Shown here one piece after another: positions 1-10,256 of a DNA stretch of 64,000 nucleotides. Numbering within the stretch: the stretch's first letter is position 1; the number at the start of each line of letters is the position of its first letter. The notes under the pieces are model-generated. The model was not told where the DNA came from, ran no database searches, and worked only from the letters and a program-made list of their open reading frames with translations. The position numbers and the translations under genes are program-made. Source of the stretch: Candidatus Bathyarchaeota archaeon (GTDB lineage Archaea > Thermoproteota > Bathyarchaeia > Bathyarchaeales > Bathyarchaeaceae); assembly GCA_963697165.1 (NCBI GenBank), contig CAVOMX010000022.1:21485-85484 (forward strand), in the 5' to 3' direction.

Positions 1-2
1 CA

Positions 3-413
3 ACACCCGAAAACTTGGGCAAAACCATGCTCAACCTCAGAGAAACAGAGGGACCAGCAGCCATAGCCAAACGATGCATCTCCAAACTGGAGAACCAGCC
101 TCACAGAATAGTTTTTATCGACGGCATACGAAGCCTCGTTGAAGTAGACGAATTCAAGATACACTTTCCAAATTTCATTCTAATTGCCATACATGCATCC
201 CCCAAAACGAGGTATTGGCGCCTATTTCGAAGAAGACGAAGCGACGATCCAACAAACTGGGAAACCTTTATGCAACGAGACCTACGAGAACTTGGAATAG
301 GCATGGGCGCTGTAATTTCCGTCGCCAACTACATGATAGTGAACGAGGGAGCTATCGAGCAGTTAAAAGTTAAAACCTTGCAGTTTATGAATAAGGTGCT
401 TGAAAATGAGTGA
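3..413 (+). CDS. Dephospho-CoA kinase-like / UPF0200 P-loop protein (5' truncated by window edge)
   Basis: Frame is open from the window start; VFIDGIRS, HASP-TR--RL-RR-RSDD and IVNEG motifs typical of archaeal COG0237; overlaps next gene. Confidence 0.75.
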   Translation, partial: TPENLGKTMLNLRETEGPAAIAKRCISKLENQPHRIVFIDGIRSLVEVDEFKIHFPNFILIAIHASPKTRYWRLFRRRRSDDPTNWETFMQRDLRELGIGMGAVISVANYMIVNEGAIEQLKVKTLQFMNKVLENE

Positions 414-834
414 CATAATGGTTAATATTGAGGTGCAAGTCAATCCAACCGAAGACCTCAAGAAAGTCAAACGTGCAGTGGAGAACATCTTTGGAGCCGT
501 AACATTTAATGTCAAACCAAAAACGTGGGGACAACTGCTCATAGTCAAAACCAGCGGAACTGAAGGATTAACCAAACTATCTAATATGCTTAAACGAGAA
601 CAGATTCTTGCGGCTGCACGAAAAGTCTTCCGCAGCGGAATGGACGACAACTCAGTAACCTTCTACCTAAACAAGCAAGTCGCCTACGCAGAACACATCT
701 CTTTCTCACAGCAAACAGCAGAATCTCCTCTAGGACCAATCAAAGTCCAAATCCGCTGCAGCAACCCACGAAAACTGATTGACTGGCTCGCGCCAAGACC
801 CCCAAAACGAATCCCGCTTTCACACAAAAAATAG
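406..834 (+). CDS. UPF0201/DUF54 RNA-binding domain protein
   Basis: VNPTED-KKVKRAVENIF, LNKQVAY, ESPLGPI, IDWLAP motifs; usual neighbour of UPF0200. Confidence 0.85.
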   Translation: MSDIMVNIEVQVNPTEDLKKVKRAVENIFGAVTFNVKPKTWGQLLIVKTSGTEGLTKLSNMLKREQILAAARKVFRSGMDDNSVTFYLNKQVAYAEHISFSQQTAESPLGPIKVQIRCSNPRKLIDWLAPRPPKRIPLSHKK

Positions 835-850
835 AAGTGTATAGTCCAAA

Positions 851-1633
851 ATGGCTAAACCCGAAATCGGCTTGTCTATGCTCTATTGCCTAAAGGAGCC
901 ATTTCCATCTCTTCTGAAACGTTTAGACAAAGTTGACGTAAAACACGTGGAACTACCTGACGAAGGACTACACGCCCTAAACAAGAGAAGAGCAAAAAAA
1001 CTAAACGAAATAGCAGAAACATGTAACCTAACCTTTGTTGTTCATGCACCTTGGGCAGGAGTAAACATAGCAACTCCCAGCCAAGCTTTGCGTCGCGCAG
1101 TCCTGAAGCGTCTAACACAATCGATTGTTGTTGCGGGGCAGTTAGGCTGCTACCTGTGGCTGTTTCATCCGGGCTCCAGAACTGGTCTTAGTCCCATTTA
1201 CCCCGGAAAAGATTGGCAACTGAATCTGGAGTCTGTCCGCACCTTACTGGATGTCGCTAGAAGAGAAGGCGTTAATGTTGCCATCGAGAATACTCCTGAG
1301 CCTTTTCCTTCACTAATGAAAAGTGTAGACGACTTTCACAGATTCTACCAAGACCTCAATGACGACATAGGAATGGTGCTAGACGTGGCGCATGCTAACC
1401 TGAACAACCAAATCCAAGAATTCATCAAGCAGTTCTCCAAAAAAATTGTTCACATGCACTTAAGCGACAACAATGGAGACAGTGACCTGCATCTGGGAAT
1501 AGGACACGGAAACATCGATTGGACTGTTGTCGCTAAATTGGTTAAAGTGGCAGATTACAACAACCTAATCATGATTGAATCAACAGACCACATCGAAGAA
1601 AGCCTATATTTTCTCCGAGAACTATTCAATTAA
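851..1633 (+). CDS. Sugar phosphate isomerase/epimerase (xylose isomerase-like TIM barrel)
   Basis: HAP, HPG, IEN, LDVAHA, HLSDNNG-D-HL--G-G-IDW, IE metal-binding motifs. Confidence 0.85.
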   Translation: MAKPEIGLSMLYCLKEPFPSLLKRLDKVDVKHVELPDEGLHALNKRRAKKLNEIAETCNLTFVVHAPWAGVNIATPSQALRRAVLKRLTQSIVVAGQLGCYLWLFHPGSRTGLSPIYPGKDWQLNLESVRTLLDVARREGVNVAIENTPEPFPSLMKSVDDFHRFYQDLNDDIGMVLDVAHANLNNQIQEFIKQFSKKIVHMHLSDNNGDSDLHLGIGHGNIDWTVVAKLVKVADYNNLIMIESTDHIEESLYFLRELFN

Positions 1634-2544
1634 TCTTCCGAAAGAGGCAGCTCTAGCTTCAGAAAGTCTTCCGCCAACTCCGTATCAAAAAAAATCTTCT
1701 TTGCCTGCTGCAGTAGCAGGTTCGCGTCTTTGTATCTGGCGCTTATATGCGTCAAAACCAGCCGCTTCACGCCCGCCTCTTTAGCCGTTTCCGCAGCCAT
1801 GCTCGGAGTTGAATGCCCATCAGCCATTGCTCTTTCCTTTAGTTCATCTTCGAAGGTGGCTTCATGAATCAGCAAATCAGCGTTCTCCGCCAACTTCACA
1901 AGAGCTTCTGATGGTCCCGTGTCTCCAGTGTAAACAATTTTTCTTCCCGGACGCGATGCACCCAAAACCATCTCAGGCTCCACAATTCTGCCGTCCGAAA
2001 GCTTAATAGGCTCTCCAGATTGGAGTTTTGACCATAACTGTCCTTCAGGAACTCCTAACTCTTTGGCTTTTTTTGTGCGGAATCTTCCTGGTCGCGGCTT
2101 CTCTGTCATTGCATAGGATAAACTGGGATTCATGTGACCGGACTGGATAGCGGTTACCGCATATTCTTTTTCTTCGCAGACCATGCCCTCATCTGTTTCC
2201 GAGATTTTGACAGGAAATGTGAGCGTGAAACGTACAGTCTGGTTTATTGCCTCTACAAACTCTTTGATTCCCTGTGGTCCATAAATTTCCAGTTCGTTTG
2301 TTCTGCCCAAAAGAGACATTGTCTGGAGAAGCCCAGGCAAACCCAGAACGTGATCGCCGTGCATGTGGGTAACAAAAATTTTTGCTTTCCGGTGAAAGCC
2401 GACTCCTGCCTTTATCATCTGCCGTTGTGTGCCCTCGCCGCAGTCAAACATTAGCAGTTCATTTTTTCTTCGGATCGCAACCGCTGACAGTCCCCTCTTG
2501 GGTGTTGGGATGCTTCCGCCTGTTCCCAGAAATGTTATCTGCAA
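1630..2544 (-). CDS. rnz: Ribonuclease Z
   Basis: FLGTGGS-PT, DCGEGTQ, THMHGDH, GDT, HEATF, HST, LTHISARY. Confidence 0.97.
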   Translation of the reverse strand: MQITFLGTGGSIPTPKRGLSAVAIRRKNELLMFDCGEGTQRQMIKAGVGFHRKAKIFVTHMHGDHVLGLPGLLQTMSLLGRTNELEIYGPQGIKEFVEAINQTVRFTLTFPVKISETDEGMVCEEKEYAVTAIQSGHMNPSLSYAMTEKPRPGRFRTKKAKELGVPEGQLWSKLQSGEPIKLSDGRIVEPEMVLGASRPGRKIVYTGDTGPSEALVKLAENADLLIHEATFEDELKERAMADGHSTPSMAAETAKEAGVKRLVLTHISARYKDANLLLQQAKKIFFDTELAEDFLKLELPLSED

Positions 2545-2619
2545 ATCTGTCAGTTTGTTCTTCCTCCTGTAAATATATGTTATATTTTGTTTATTTGGTT
2601 AAGCCTTCCAAGTTTCCAT

Positions 2620-3654
2620 TCACGTTCTTTCGAAGACAACTATTTCTCTTGTTAAACTTCTGTGCACATAAACAAAATGGGACTCTAAATGCTTGAACCC
2701 CGCCTCTTCAGCTGTTTCACCAATTCGTATTGTTTCGGGCGATGCCATGCAAATTTTGGCACCTCTGGGTAGCATATCACCCACTGCGGAAAGAAAATCC
2801 TCAACGATACGTCTAGTGTTCGTTCCTAGCGTGCTTGCTGACCTGCCATAAGGCGGGTCTGTGGCAATGCAGTCTACTCCTGATACTGGGGGATAACGGG
2901 CATCAGCTATCACCACCCCTTCAAGCCTTATTCTATAATGCTTCAAGTTTTTCAGTCCTCCCCGTAGCATGTGAGGTTTCGCATCGAAGCCAACAACGCG
3001 GCATCCTATCAGCCCAGCCTCAACAAGCATTCCTCCTGTCCCACAGAACGGATCAAGCATCAAATCGCCCGTTTTTGGCTGAGCCAAATTCACCATTAGT
3101 CTGGCTAGTTTCGCGGGCATTGCTGTAGGATGAAAGAATGGTTTTCGTCGTGGTCCTCTTTCGGAGAAGGGCTTGGGGATTATTTCGGCTGTCTTTAACC
3201 CAAAGATGAAGCGATTGTCTGTTAGGACTCCAAAAAACGTTTTCTGCGGATTCGACAAATTAACTCTTGATGTCTTAACCGTTTTCAGTATCTGTTCTCC
3301 GAGTTTGCGTTCCAAATCGACACGAATAAGCTCAGGAGTTACGCCTTCTACTCTTCTTACTCTAACAGCAAAACTCTCATCGCAGATAAACTCGTCTAGA
3401 AAATCAGAGCGTATGTTACCCAAAATGTCGGGGAGACTGGCTTCGCAGTTGAAGATTTCTTGACAGCAAACACGGGTCAAGGCAGACCTCAACCTGATTG
3501 GCTCTACACAGTTGGCTTCTGCCTCAAGACGCAGAACTTGGGTAAGCCTCTCCACAATTCGGTAATCGTAGCCTTCTGCCTTTAGGATAGCCTGTATTTC
3601 TGAGACTGGAAGAGTTTGGTGCTCGCCTGATATCAGAAAGAAAAGTTTTGCCAC
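2620..3654 (-). CDS. trm11: tRNA (guanine-10-N2)-methyltransferase, THUMP + MTase (TIGR01177 family)
   Basis: LSGEH N-terminus, PFFHP, LDPFCGTGG, TDPPYGR, VHRSLTR. Confidence 0.9.
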   Translation of the reverse strand: MAKLFFLISGEHQTLPVSEIQAILKAEGYDYRIVERLTQVLRLEAEANCVEPIRLRSALTRVCCQEIFNCEASLPDILGNIRSDFLDEFICDESFAVRVRRVEGVTPELIRVDLERKLGEQILKTVKTSRVNLSNPQKTFFGVLTDNRFIFGLKTAEIIPKPFSERGPRRKPFFHPTAMPAKLARLMVNLAQPKTGDLMLDPFCGTGGMLVEAGLIGCRVVGFDAKPHMLRGGLKNLKHYRIRLEGVVIADARYPPVSGVDCIATDPPYGRSASTLGTNTRRIVEDFLSAVGDMLPRGAKICMASPETIRIGETAEEAGFKHLESHFVYVHRSLTREIVVFERT

Positions 3655-3665
3655 GTACTTGGCAC

Positions 3666-4538
3666 CTATCTGGCTAACGCCTGCGCAATCAATGGAGCAA
3701 GCGAAACTTTCCTCACTGAACTGGGGATGCTGTCTGTGCCAACGATTTCCTCAGCGCCGCTCTCTAGAATCTTGGTTTTTGCCTCGCCTATAAGCAGAGG
3801 ATGCACACAAGCCGCATAGACTCTTCGTGCACCCTGAGTCTTTAGCATCTTTATTGCCCTAGCTATTGTTCCGCCAGTGCTGATTATATCATCGAAGACA
3901 ATTACGTCCCTTCCATCGACGTTGAGACTCTTCTCCTCGACCTGAATCTCGCCTGTATAGCGGTCCCGCTCTTTCTTTAGCCAACCACATCCTCCACCAA
4001 GAACCCTGTTTGCCTCCTTAGCCAACCCTATTGCACCCTTATCTGGAGACAACGAAAAAGCTCCATCCAATCCCTGACCCTTGAAATGCTCAGCCAACAA
4101 TGTTATTGCAGAAAGATTAGCTGTCGGAACCGAGAATCGTTTTAACGTGTTTTCGGCGTGGATATTCACGGTTACAAAACTGTCAACTCCACAAGCTTCG
4201 ATTAGTTTGACTAAAGTTTCGCCGCTGATTGACTCGCCAGCCAAAAACCGTTTATCTTGCCTCGCAAAAGCCAAGTATGGCACTACCGCCGTTACCTTTT
4301 TTGCTCCAAGCTCCTTAGCCGTGTCCAGCATCAACAAAAGCTGCATAACATTCGAGTCCTGTGGCGGTCCAGTGGTCTGAACCACAGCAACTTCCTCGCC
4401 AGCTACGTCACCCTCGAAACGCAGACAATATTCTCCGTCAGGAAAGGCTTTGAGACTAACAGGAACAATTCTGACATTCAGGCTTTCAGCTATTTTCGTA
4501 CCTAAACTCTGAGAGGCTGGACCCGGAATAACTATCAC
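3666..4538 (-). CDS. prs: Ribose-phosphate pyrophosphokinase
   Basis: FPDGE, PYLAFARQD, SPDKGA, DDIISTGGT. Confidence 0.96.
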   Translation of the reverse strand: MIVIPGPASQSLGTKIAESLNVRIVPVSLKAFPDGEYCLRFEGDVAGEEVAVVQTTGPPQDSNVMQLLLMLDTAKELGAKKVTAVVPYLAFARQDKRFLAGESISGETLVKLIEACGVDSFVTVNIHAENTLKRFSVPTANLSAITLLAEHFKGQGLDGAFSLSPDKGAIGLAKEANRVLGGGCGWLKKERDRYTGEIQVEEKSLNVDGRDVIVFDDIISTGGTIARAIKMLKTQGARRVYAACVHPLLIGEAKTKILESGAEEIVGTDSIPSSVRKVSLAPLIAQALAR

Positions 4539-5815
4539 ATTTTTCCCTTCTGTTTGTATTCTTCCAGCAGCTCTTTTGCCCTGTCCATACGCACCTTACG
4601 TTCCGTAACCATCCGCTCAACAACCATTTCAATCAGCCTTCCTGAGGCTCCGGCTGTAATCGCCACGTTTCGGGCATGGAGAGACATGTGCCCCCTCTGA
4701 ATACCCTCATGAGCCAAAGCACGTAGGGCGCCGAGGTTCTGAGCCAAACCAACAGCAGCAATAACCTCTCCCAGCTCGTTAGCTGACTTTACGCCCAAAA
4801 TCTTCAACGCAACCTTTGCTGTTGGATGAACCTTTGTTGCTCCGCCAATAAGCCCCACAGCCATCGGCAACTCAATCGAGCCTACTAGGTCGCCGTCGCT
4901 GTTTTTCTCCCAATACGAAAGAGTGCCATAGTGCCCATTTTTTACTGCGTAGGCGTGTGCTCCTGCCTCTATGGCGCGGTGATCGTTTCCTGTGGCTATG
5001 ACGACGCCTATTATGCCGTTTAGTATGCCCTTGTTGTGGGTTGCTGCTCGGTAGGGATCTACAGCAGCAAAATTGTAAGCCTCAACTATTCCGTCGATAA
5101 CTTCTTCGCCACCCAAAGCCTCTTTCGTTATAACCGCCCATGCCCTAGCCAAGCGTTTCACGGCAAGGTTCGAGATTATTCGCAGATAGACTCTGCCTCC
5201 AGTTATTCTTTCTATCATGGGGGCAACTGCTTCAGCCATGGTGTTTACTGCGTTGGCACCCATGGCATCCCTGCAGTCTACGTGAAGTTCTGTTATGACC
5301 ATTAGACCTGTTTTTGCGTCTATTACTTTGACTTCTAAGTCTTTGGCGCCGCCTCCAACAGAAACCAGCATTGGGTCTTGATCATTAGCTTTCTTTAGAA
5401 TCTCCTTTTTGGCTGACAGTATCCTCATTTTTGCCGCGAAGGGGTCTTTGATGTCCACGGCTTGTATCTGCCCAATCATGACTGGGTCGGTGCTGCTGGT
5501 GAAGAATCCTCCTTTTTCGCGTGCCATCTTGGCGGCGTAGGTGGCTGCCGCAACAACTGACGGTTCCTCGATTGCCATGGGTATCATGTAGTCTTTGTTG
5601 TTGATGAGAAAGTTCATGGCTATCCCGAGGGGCAGCGGAAACGTTCCGACCAAGTTTTCTATCATTCGGTCAGCCAGCTCCATTTCCAGGGCGCCGGTTG
5701 ACTGGAGAATATTTACTTCCTGTTCGGTTAAGTCTGCAAAATTTTTAACATGCTTTATCCTCTCTTTTGGAGTTAACTTGTAGAAACCTGAAATCTGAGA
5801 CGTTTTTTTCATCAT
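4535..5815 (-). CDS. mvaA: HMG-CoA reductase, class II
   Basis: MIEN, EEPSVVAA, DAMGANAVN, THNKG, GLAQN, GIQRGHMSLH. Confidence 0.95.
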   Translation of the reverse strand: MMKKTSQISGFYKLTPKERIKHVKNFADLTEQEVNILQSTGALEMELADRMIENLVGTFPLPLGIAMNFLINNKDYMIPMAIEEPSVVAAATYAAKMAREKGGFFTSSTDPVMIGQIQAVDIKDPFAAKMRILSAKKEILKKANDQDPMLVSVGGGAKDLEVKVIDAKTGLMVITELHVDCRDAMGANAVNTMAEAVAPMIERITGGRVYLRIISNLAVKRLARAWAVITKEALGGEEVIDGIVEAYNFAAVDPYRAATHNKGILNGIIGVVIATGNDHRAIEAGAHAYAVKNGHYGTLSYWEKNSDGDLVGSIELPMAVGLIGGATKVHPTAKVALKILGVKSANELGEVIAAVGLAQNLGALRALAHEGIQRGHMSLHARNVAITAGASGRLIEMVVERMVTERKVRMDRAKELLEEYKQKGKM

Positions 5816-5893
5816 GATGCCTCTTTGACAACGCACTCTAGTTAAAGCAAAATGGCATATGAATTTATCTGAGTAACGAAAATTGCTGCTGTT

Positions 5894-6340
5894 TTACACG
5901 GTTACAATCTTGTTTGTAATCGAAAAGGCTACGCGTATCGAAATCTGCTGCTGGATTATAGATTTGATTATGTGCCCAAAGACTGTGGTTCCAATGCTTT
6001 CTGCCTTTAATCCATAAATCGTTGTTTCAAATCTGTTAGCTCGTGGTCTTTGTCCATGAACGCATAAAGGCCAGTTAAGTTTTGGCTAAACGAGAATATC
6101 TCATCCAGAACCTTTGGCAGTTCCTCTTTTTCTTGTTCGGTAATTGGTTGGAAGTGCTTTGCTTCAATTCTTGGGTCTTAAACTGTGCCTTTGGACCGTA
6201 ATTCAACATGAATCAGTTTACCCAAATCTAACCGTATAGCACACCTCCACACTCCTTCTTCAAAAGACTTCTGGCATGTCTTTTTCATAGCCGAAGACGC
6301 GGCAGTTCAGCTCAAAATCGAATGGAGCTTTAGGGTACAT
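5894..6340 (-). pseudogene. Truncated, disrupted DNA-3-methyladenine glycosylase (AlkA family) N-terminal half
   Basis: Manual translation: MYPKAPFDFELNCRVFGYEKDMPEVF / EEGVWRCAIRL..GTV*DPRI..LYAFMDKD / YGLK..TVFGHIIKSIIQQQISIRVAFSITNKIV*; two frameshifts and an in-frame TAA at ~6178. Confidence 0.7.
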
Positions 6341-6442
6341 GTAAAAATTTTTGGGTGCCAGCTATTTTTCCTCTCCTGGAACATTTTGCAAACTGTTGTT
6401 TTCCCTGAATAAAGGAATACAAAAAAGAGGATTTAGATGGAG

Positions 6443-6697
6443 TCACTCGCTCCAAGTTTGATTCGAAAATTCGATTGCGTGTAAAACTTTTTGTTTAAAG
6501 TCGCTATCTTCACACTCGAAAGTATACATCGTAAAGCCGTCAAATGCGAAAAAGTGCATTCTTCCTGTTTGGTAGATTATGTTGGGTTTGGCTATTTCCA
6601 CCAATTCCAGAAACTCTTTTCGTTTGAATTTAACTCGATACGAGCTAGTGTGCTGTGCTACTATAGTTGCTGCAGTTGCTCCTCCTGCTACAGCCAT
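6443..6697 (-). CDS. Small hypothetical protein
   Basis: 84-aa ORF with GAGGTTGA-like RBS; natural-looking composition. Confidence 0.65.
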   Translation of the reverse strand: MAVAGGATAATIVAQHTSSYRVKFKRKEFLELVEIAKPNIIYQTGRMHFFAFDGFTMYTFECEDSDFKQKVLHAIEFSNQTWSE

Positions 6698-6817
6698 CTT
6701 TCATCAACCTCAACATACTATATCATCTTTTAGAGCTATAGTTTTTTCCATTATCCACAAAGAAATCAAAAACCTTTAATGCAACTTCTATAAATTGCTG
6801 TTTCACCTAAGTTTTTC

Positions 6818-7921
6818 ATGGACGAAACCATATTGCCTATCTGGAGACCCGACGCAAAAGCCGTTCTCATGGACAAAAAGGCTAGAGCCAGCTTGAAACG
6901 ATACTTTGATGTCATGGAAGACGACAAGTCAGCCAAGTTCCTTATCGCCAAAAAATTGGTCGCCAACTTCAACAAGAACGATTCATTAACCAAACTATGG
7001 AAACTCCATGAACAGCTCACCCAAGAATTCTTTCTCCTCGAAAACAAGCTAGATACAAGACAACAAAATCTAGAAGAACTACCCAGTCCAGAATCGTCAT
7101 TTCTTGACTTGAAACTCGAAATAGCAAACCGCATACTCGAGTCTTGTCACCTGTGTACTCGTAGATGCGGCTCAGACAGGCTCAAGGGAGAATTGGGTTA
7201 CTGCCGATGCGGAACAAAAGCCAAAGTCTCAACCATTTTTTCGCATACTGGCGAAGAGCCTGAGCTGGTTCCATCCGGAACCATATTCACTTTGGGCTGC
7301 ACTCTCCGTTGTCTCCATTGTCAGAACTGGAGTATATCTCAGTGGTTCGAGTCGGGGAAACTGTACTCCACTTGGCAGTTGGCATTGGCGGTGGAGCAGC
7401 TTCGCAGGGGCGGCTGCAGAAACGTCAATCTTGTGGGCGGAGACCCCACCTCATGGCTTAGTCAATGGCTTGAAACGTTCAGATATGTTGATGTGAATGT
7501 GTCTGTGGTTTGGAACTCCAACTCTTACTACAGCGAAGAGACAGCAAAACTGCTTGCCGGATTTGTGGACGTGTATCTTCTAGACTTCAAGTATGGACCA
7601 AAAGGGTGTGCAGAAAAACTTTCAGATGCTCCAGACTATTGGATAGCCTGCACCAGAAACCATGTGTACGCCAAAAAATATGGAGAACTCATCATCCGAG
7701 TACTAGTTTTGCCCAGCCATCTTGAGTGTTGCACAAAGCCTATCTTGAACTGGATATCCGAAAGTCTCGGAGAGTCTGTTCGCGTAAACTTGATGTTCCA
7801 GTATCGTCCAGAATGGCGAGCACACGAAATACCTGAACTGCGAAGATGCCTCACTGAAACGGAGAGAAGCCGTGCTGTAGAGCTGGCGAAAGAGGCAGGG
7901 TTAACCAATTTCATAACATAA
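6818..7921 (+). CDS. Radical SAM protein, PflX (pyruvate-formate lyase-activating enzyme-like) family
   Basis: CHLCTRRC, H-GEEPEL, CTLRCLHCQNW (CxxxCxxC), GGDPT, DVYLLDFKYG, QYRP. Confidence 0.9.
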   Translation: MDETILPIWRPDAKAVLMDKKARASLKRYFDVMEDDKSAKFLIAKKLVANFNKNDSLTKLWKLHEQLTQEFFLLENKLDTRQQNLEELPSPESSFLDLKLEIANRILESCHLCTRRCGSDRLKGELGYCRCGTKAKVSTIFSHTGEEPELVPSGTIFTLGCTLRCLHCQNWSISQWFESGKLYSTWQLALAVEQLRRGGCRNVNLVGGDPTSWLSQWLETFRYVDVNVSVVWNSNSYYSEETAKLLAGFVDVYLLDFKYGPKGCAEKLSDAPDYWIACTRNHVYAKKYGELIIRVLVLPSHLECCTKPILNWISESLGESVRVNLMFQYRPEWRAHEIPELRRCLTETERSRAVELAKEAGLTNFIT

Positions 7922-8034
7922 CCGGTCAATGTTCGTGGTGCTACCCCTTGGCTGCTGAGTAGATTTAAAGTCTGTTTGTGCAGCATCTATCTTTATATAG
8001 TGACGTAAGAACAAAAAAGGAAAAGGCGGAAACT

Positions 8035-8241
8035 ATGCGATACTGTCCTGAATGCGGCGGCGAATTACATTATGTATCCCTTACGAAACGTTATGTTTGC
8101 AAGAGTTGCGGACTTTCTCTGACTCCTCAGGATCTCTACGAGCTACGTGAAAAACTAAAACCAAAATATGAGACCGACGAGGAACAGCATCAACAGCAGA
8201 GAAAGGATTACCTGAAGTGGTGGCTCGGCAAGAAAAAATAG
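8035..8241 (+). CDS. Small Zn-ribbon protein
   Basis: CPECGG...CKSCG; basic YLKWWL tail. Confidence 0.75.
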   Translation: MRYCPECGGELHYVSLTKRYVCKSCGLSLTPQDLYELREKLKPKYETDEEQHQQQRKDYLKWWLGKKK

Positions 8242-8371
8242 TACACTACAGAACGTAACGTTTTGAAAGATTAACTAGGTAACATCCTTTTTAACTGAAT
8301 CTTCATCTACAAACAAAGCAGTTATTACCCGTTTTCAAGCTTTTAATCAGTAACTAATTCAGGGGTTAACA

Positions 8372-9187
8372 ATGAGCCAGTCTGTTGAAATAATCTGCGT
8401 CGGAAACGAGCTTCTAATAGGCAAGACCCTGAACACAAACGGTCAGTATCTAGCAAAACGAATCACTACCCTAGGACTAACTACACGCCGCGTCACAGTT
8501 GTGGGTGACAACATCGACGAAATATCGTGTGCCATACAAGAGGCGATTCAACGAAGCCCCAGTTTTATCTTAACCACGGGCGGTTTAGGTCCAACCTTTG
8601 ACGACAAAACGTTAGAAGGCTTAGCCAAGGCGCTACTACGCAGAACTGAAGTCAACGAAGAGGCTTTGAAGATGGTTAAGGAAAAGTACCTCAGCTATGC
8701 GCGGGAGGGCAGGATGGAGACGGCAGAGTTGACTCCACATCGTGTAAAGATGGCTAAGCTTCCAGAAGGAGCCACGCCTCTACGTAACCCATCTGGAACA
8801 GCCCCCGCAGTATCCATCAAACACGAAAACGTGACCATAATCGCTCTTCCCGGAGTGCCCTCTGAAATGAAGAGCATATTCGACGATTCAGTTGCTCCAT
8901 TAATGCGGCAGGCTGCACATGGCGTAATCTTTTTTGAAACAAGCATAAACTCTAAAAACGTCATGGAATCAGAGATGGCTCCCCTCATCGATAATGTGAT
9001 GCAAAATAACCCTCATGTTTACATAAAGTCGCACCCGAAAGGAACTGAAAGAGTTCCCTATATCGAATTTCATCTTTCTACAACAGCCAAAGACACAATC
9101 ACTGCCAGAAGCCGCGTCAGCAAGGCGCTCATTCAGCTTACGGAACTGATTCAAGTGAAGGGCGGAACAGTCAAACCCGCAAAATAG
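8372..9187 (+). CDS. CinA-like molybdopterin-binding (MoCF) domain protein
   Basis: GNELLIG-TLNTN, VGD, TGGLGPTFDD-T, LPGVPSEM, YIKSHP. Confidence 0.9.
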   Translation: MSQSVEIICVGNELLIGKTLNTNGQYLAKRITTLGLTTRRVTVVGDNIDEISCAIQEAIQRSPSFILTTGGLGPTFDDKTLEGLAKALLRRTEVNEEALKMVKEKYLSYAREGRMETAELTPHRVKMAKLPEGATPLRNPSGTAPAVSIKHENVTIIALPGVPSEMKSIFDDSVAPLMRQAAHGVIFFETSINSKNVMESEMAPLIDNVMQNNPHVYIKSHPKGTERVPYIEFHLSTTAKDTITARSRVSKALIQLTELIQVKGGTVKPAK

Positions 9188-9277
9188 GAAACTTGAGTCT
9201 TCAAAGAGGCGGACAAGAGATATATCCTCTAATTGAGATATGGAGTTCACGCATTTCATGTTAACTAGGGTGTTTGT

Positions 9278-10039
9278 ATGGCTGTAATCTTTATTATCGG
9301 AACCGCTGGGTCTGGAAAATCTCTTCTAACAGCCTCCTTAAACGAATGGCTGAAAGTTGGAAAACAGAAGGCGGCAACCGTAAATTTGGATCCGGGCGTC
9401 TTGCATTTGCCGTATGTGCCCGACATTGACATCCGCGACCAAATAAACATTAACGACATAATGGAGGAGTATGGGCTTGGACCCAACGGCGCCTTGATCT
9501 TAGCAGCTGATCTGATAGCAGAGGAATCTGAAAGAATCGGAGGAGAAATCGAAGACCTCCAATCCGACGTGGTTCTCGTGGACACTCCGGGACAAATGGA
9601 GCTATTTGCCTTTAGAGCCAGCGGACCCTACATAGCAAACGAGATGACAACAGAGCAAAAGGCAATAGTGTACCTGTTTGACGCTGTTTTCTCCTTTAAT
9701 CCCCTAAATTACGTCTCGAACATGTTCCTTGCAGCCGCAGTTTACAACCGCTTCTTCTTCCCACAAATGCATGTGCTTTCAAAATGTGACCTCCTTCCTC
9801 CTGAAGAGGCTAACCGCATTGTGGATTGGTCTTCCCGCCCTGAAGCACTTGAAGCTGCTATTGACGAGAAACTGACTGGAACAAGACGGCTTCTCAGCAG
9901 AGACATGGTGAATGCTATTTATCGTCTGGGATTAGAGTTTCAGCTAATACCTGTTTCTGGAAAAACGAATGAGGGGCTGATTAACCTCACTTCTGCGCTA
10001 GAGCGGATTCTTGTAGGCGGAGAAAAGTTCACTATGTAA
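9278..10039 (+). CDS. GPN-loop GTPase
   Basis: GTAGSGKS, NLDPG, YGLGPNG, DTPGQME. Confidence 0.95.
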   Translation: MAVIFIIGTAGSGKSLLTASLNEWLKVGKQKAATVNLDPGVLHLPYVPDIDIRDQININDIMEEYGLGPNGALILAADLIAEESERIGGEIEDLQSDVVLVDTPGQMELFAFRASGPYIANEMTTEQKAIVYLFDAVFSFNPLNYVSNMFLAAAVYNRFFFPQMHVLSKCDLLPPEEANRIVDWSSRPEALEAAIDEKLTGTRRLLSRDMVNAIYRLGLEFQLIPVSGKTNEGLINLTSALERILVGGEKFTM

Positions 10040-10210
10040 CTTTTTGATGCACTGCTGTTTCGTTTTATTCTGTAGACTTCGAATTTTTTGGGCACGTTCT
10101 TTGCTTAAGAAAACGGAGTTGATGAAGCCGTGAAGCAGGTTTTTAGCTGATTCATGGTATTTAATAAGATTTTCGTTTTTATGTCTATTTAAGTCATATC
10201 CATAACCATC

Positions 10211-10224
10211 TATTATGCATAATA
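10211..10224. promoter_or_regulatory. Perfect 14-bp palindrome TATTATGCATAATA, putative Lrp operator
   Basis: Self-complementary, directly before an AT-rich TATA-like stretch ~35-45 nt upstream of the Lrp gene. Confidence 0.45.
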
Positions 10225-10256
10225 TTTATATTTAGCCATATTGTGAATCTGTAGCC

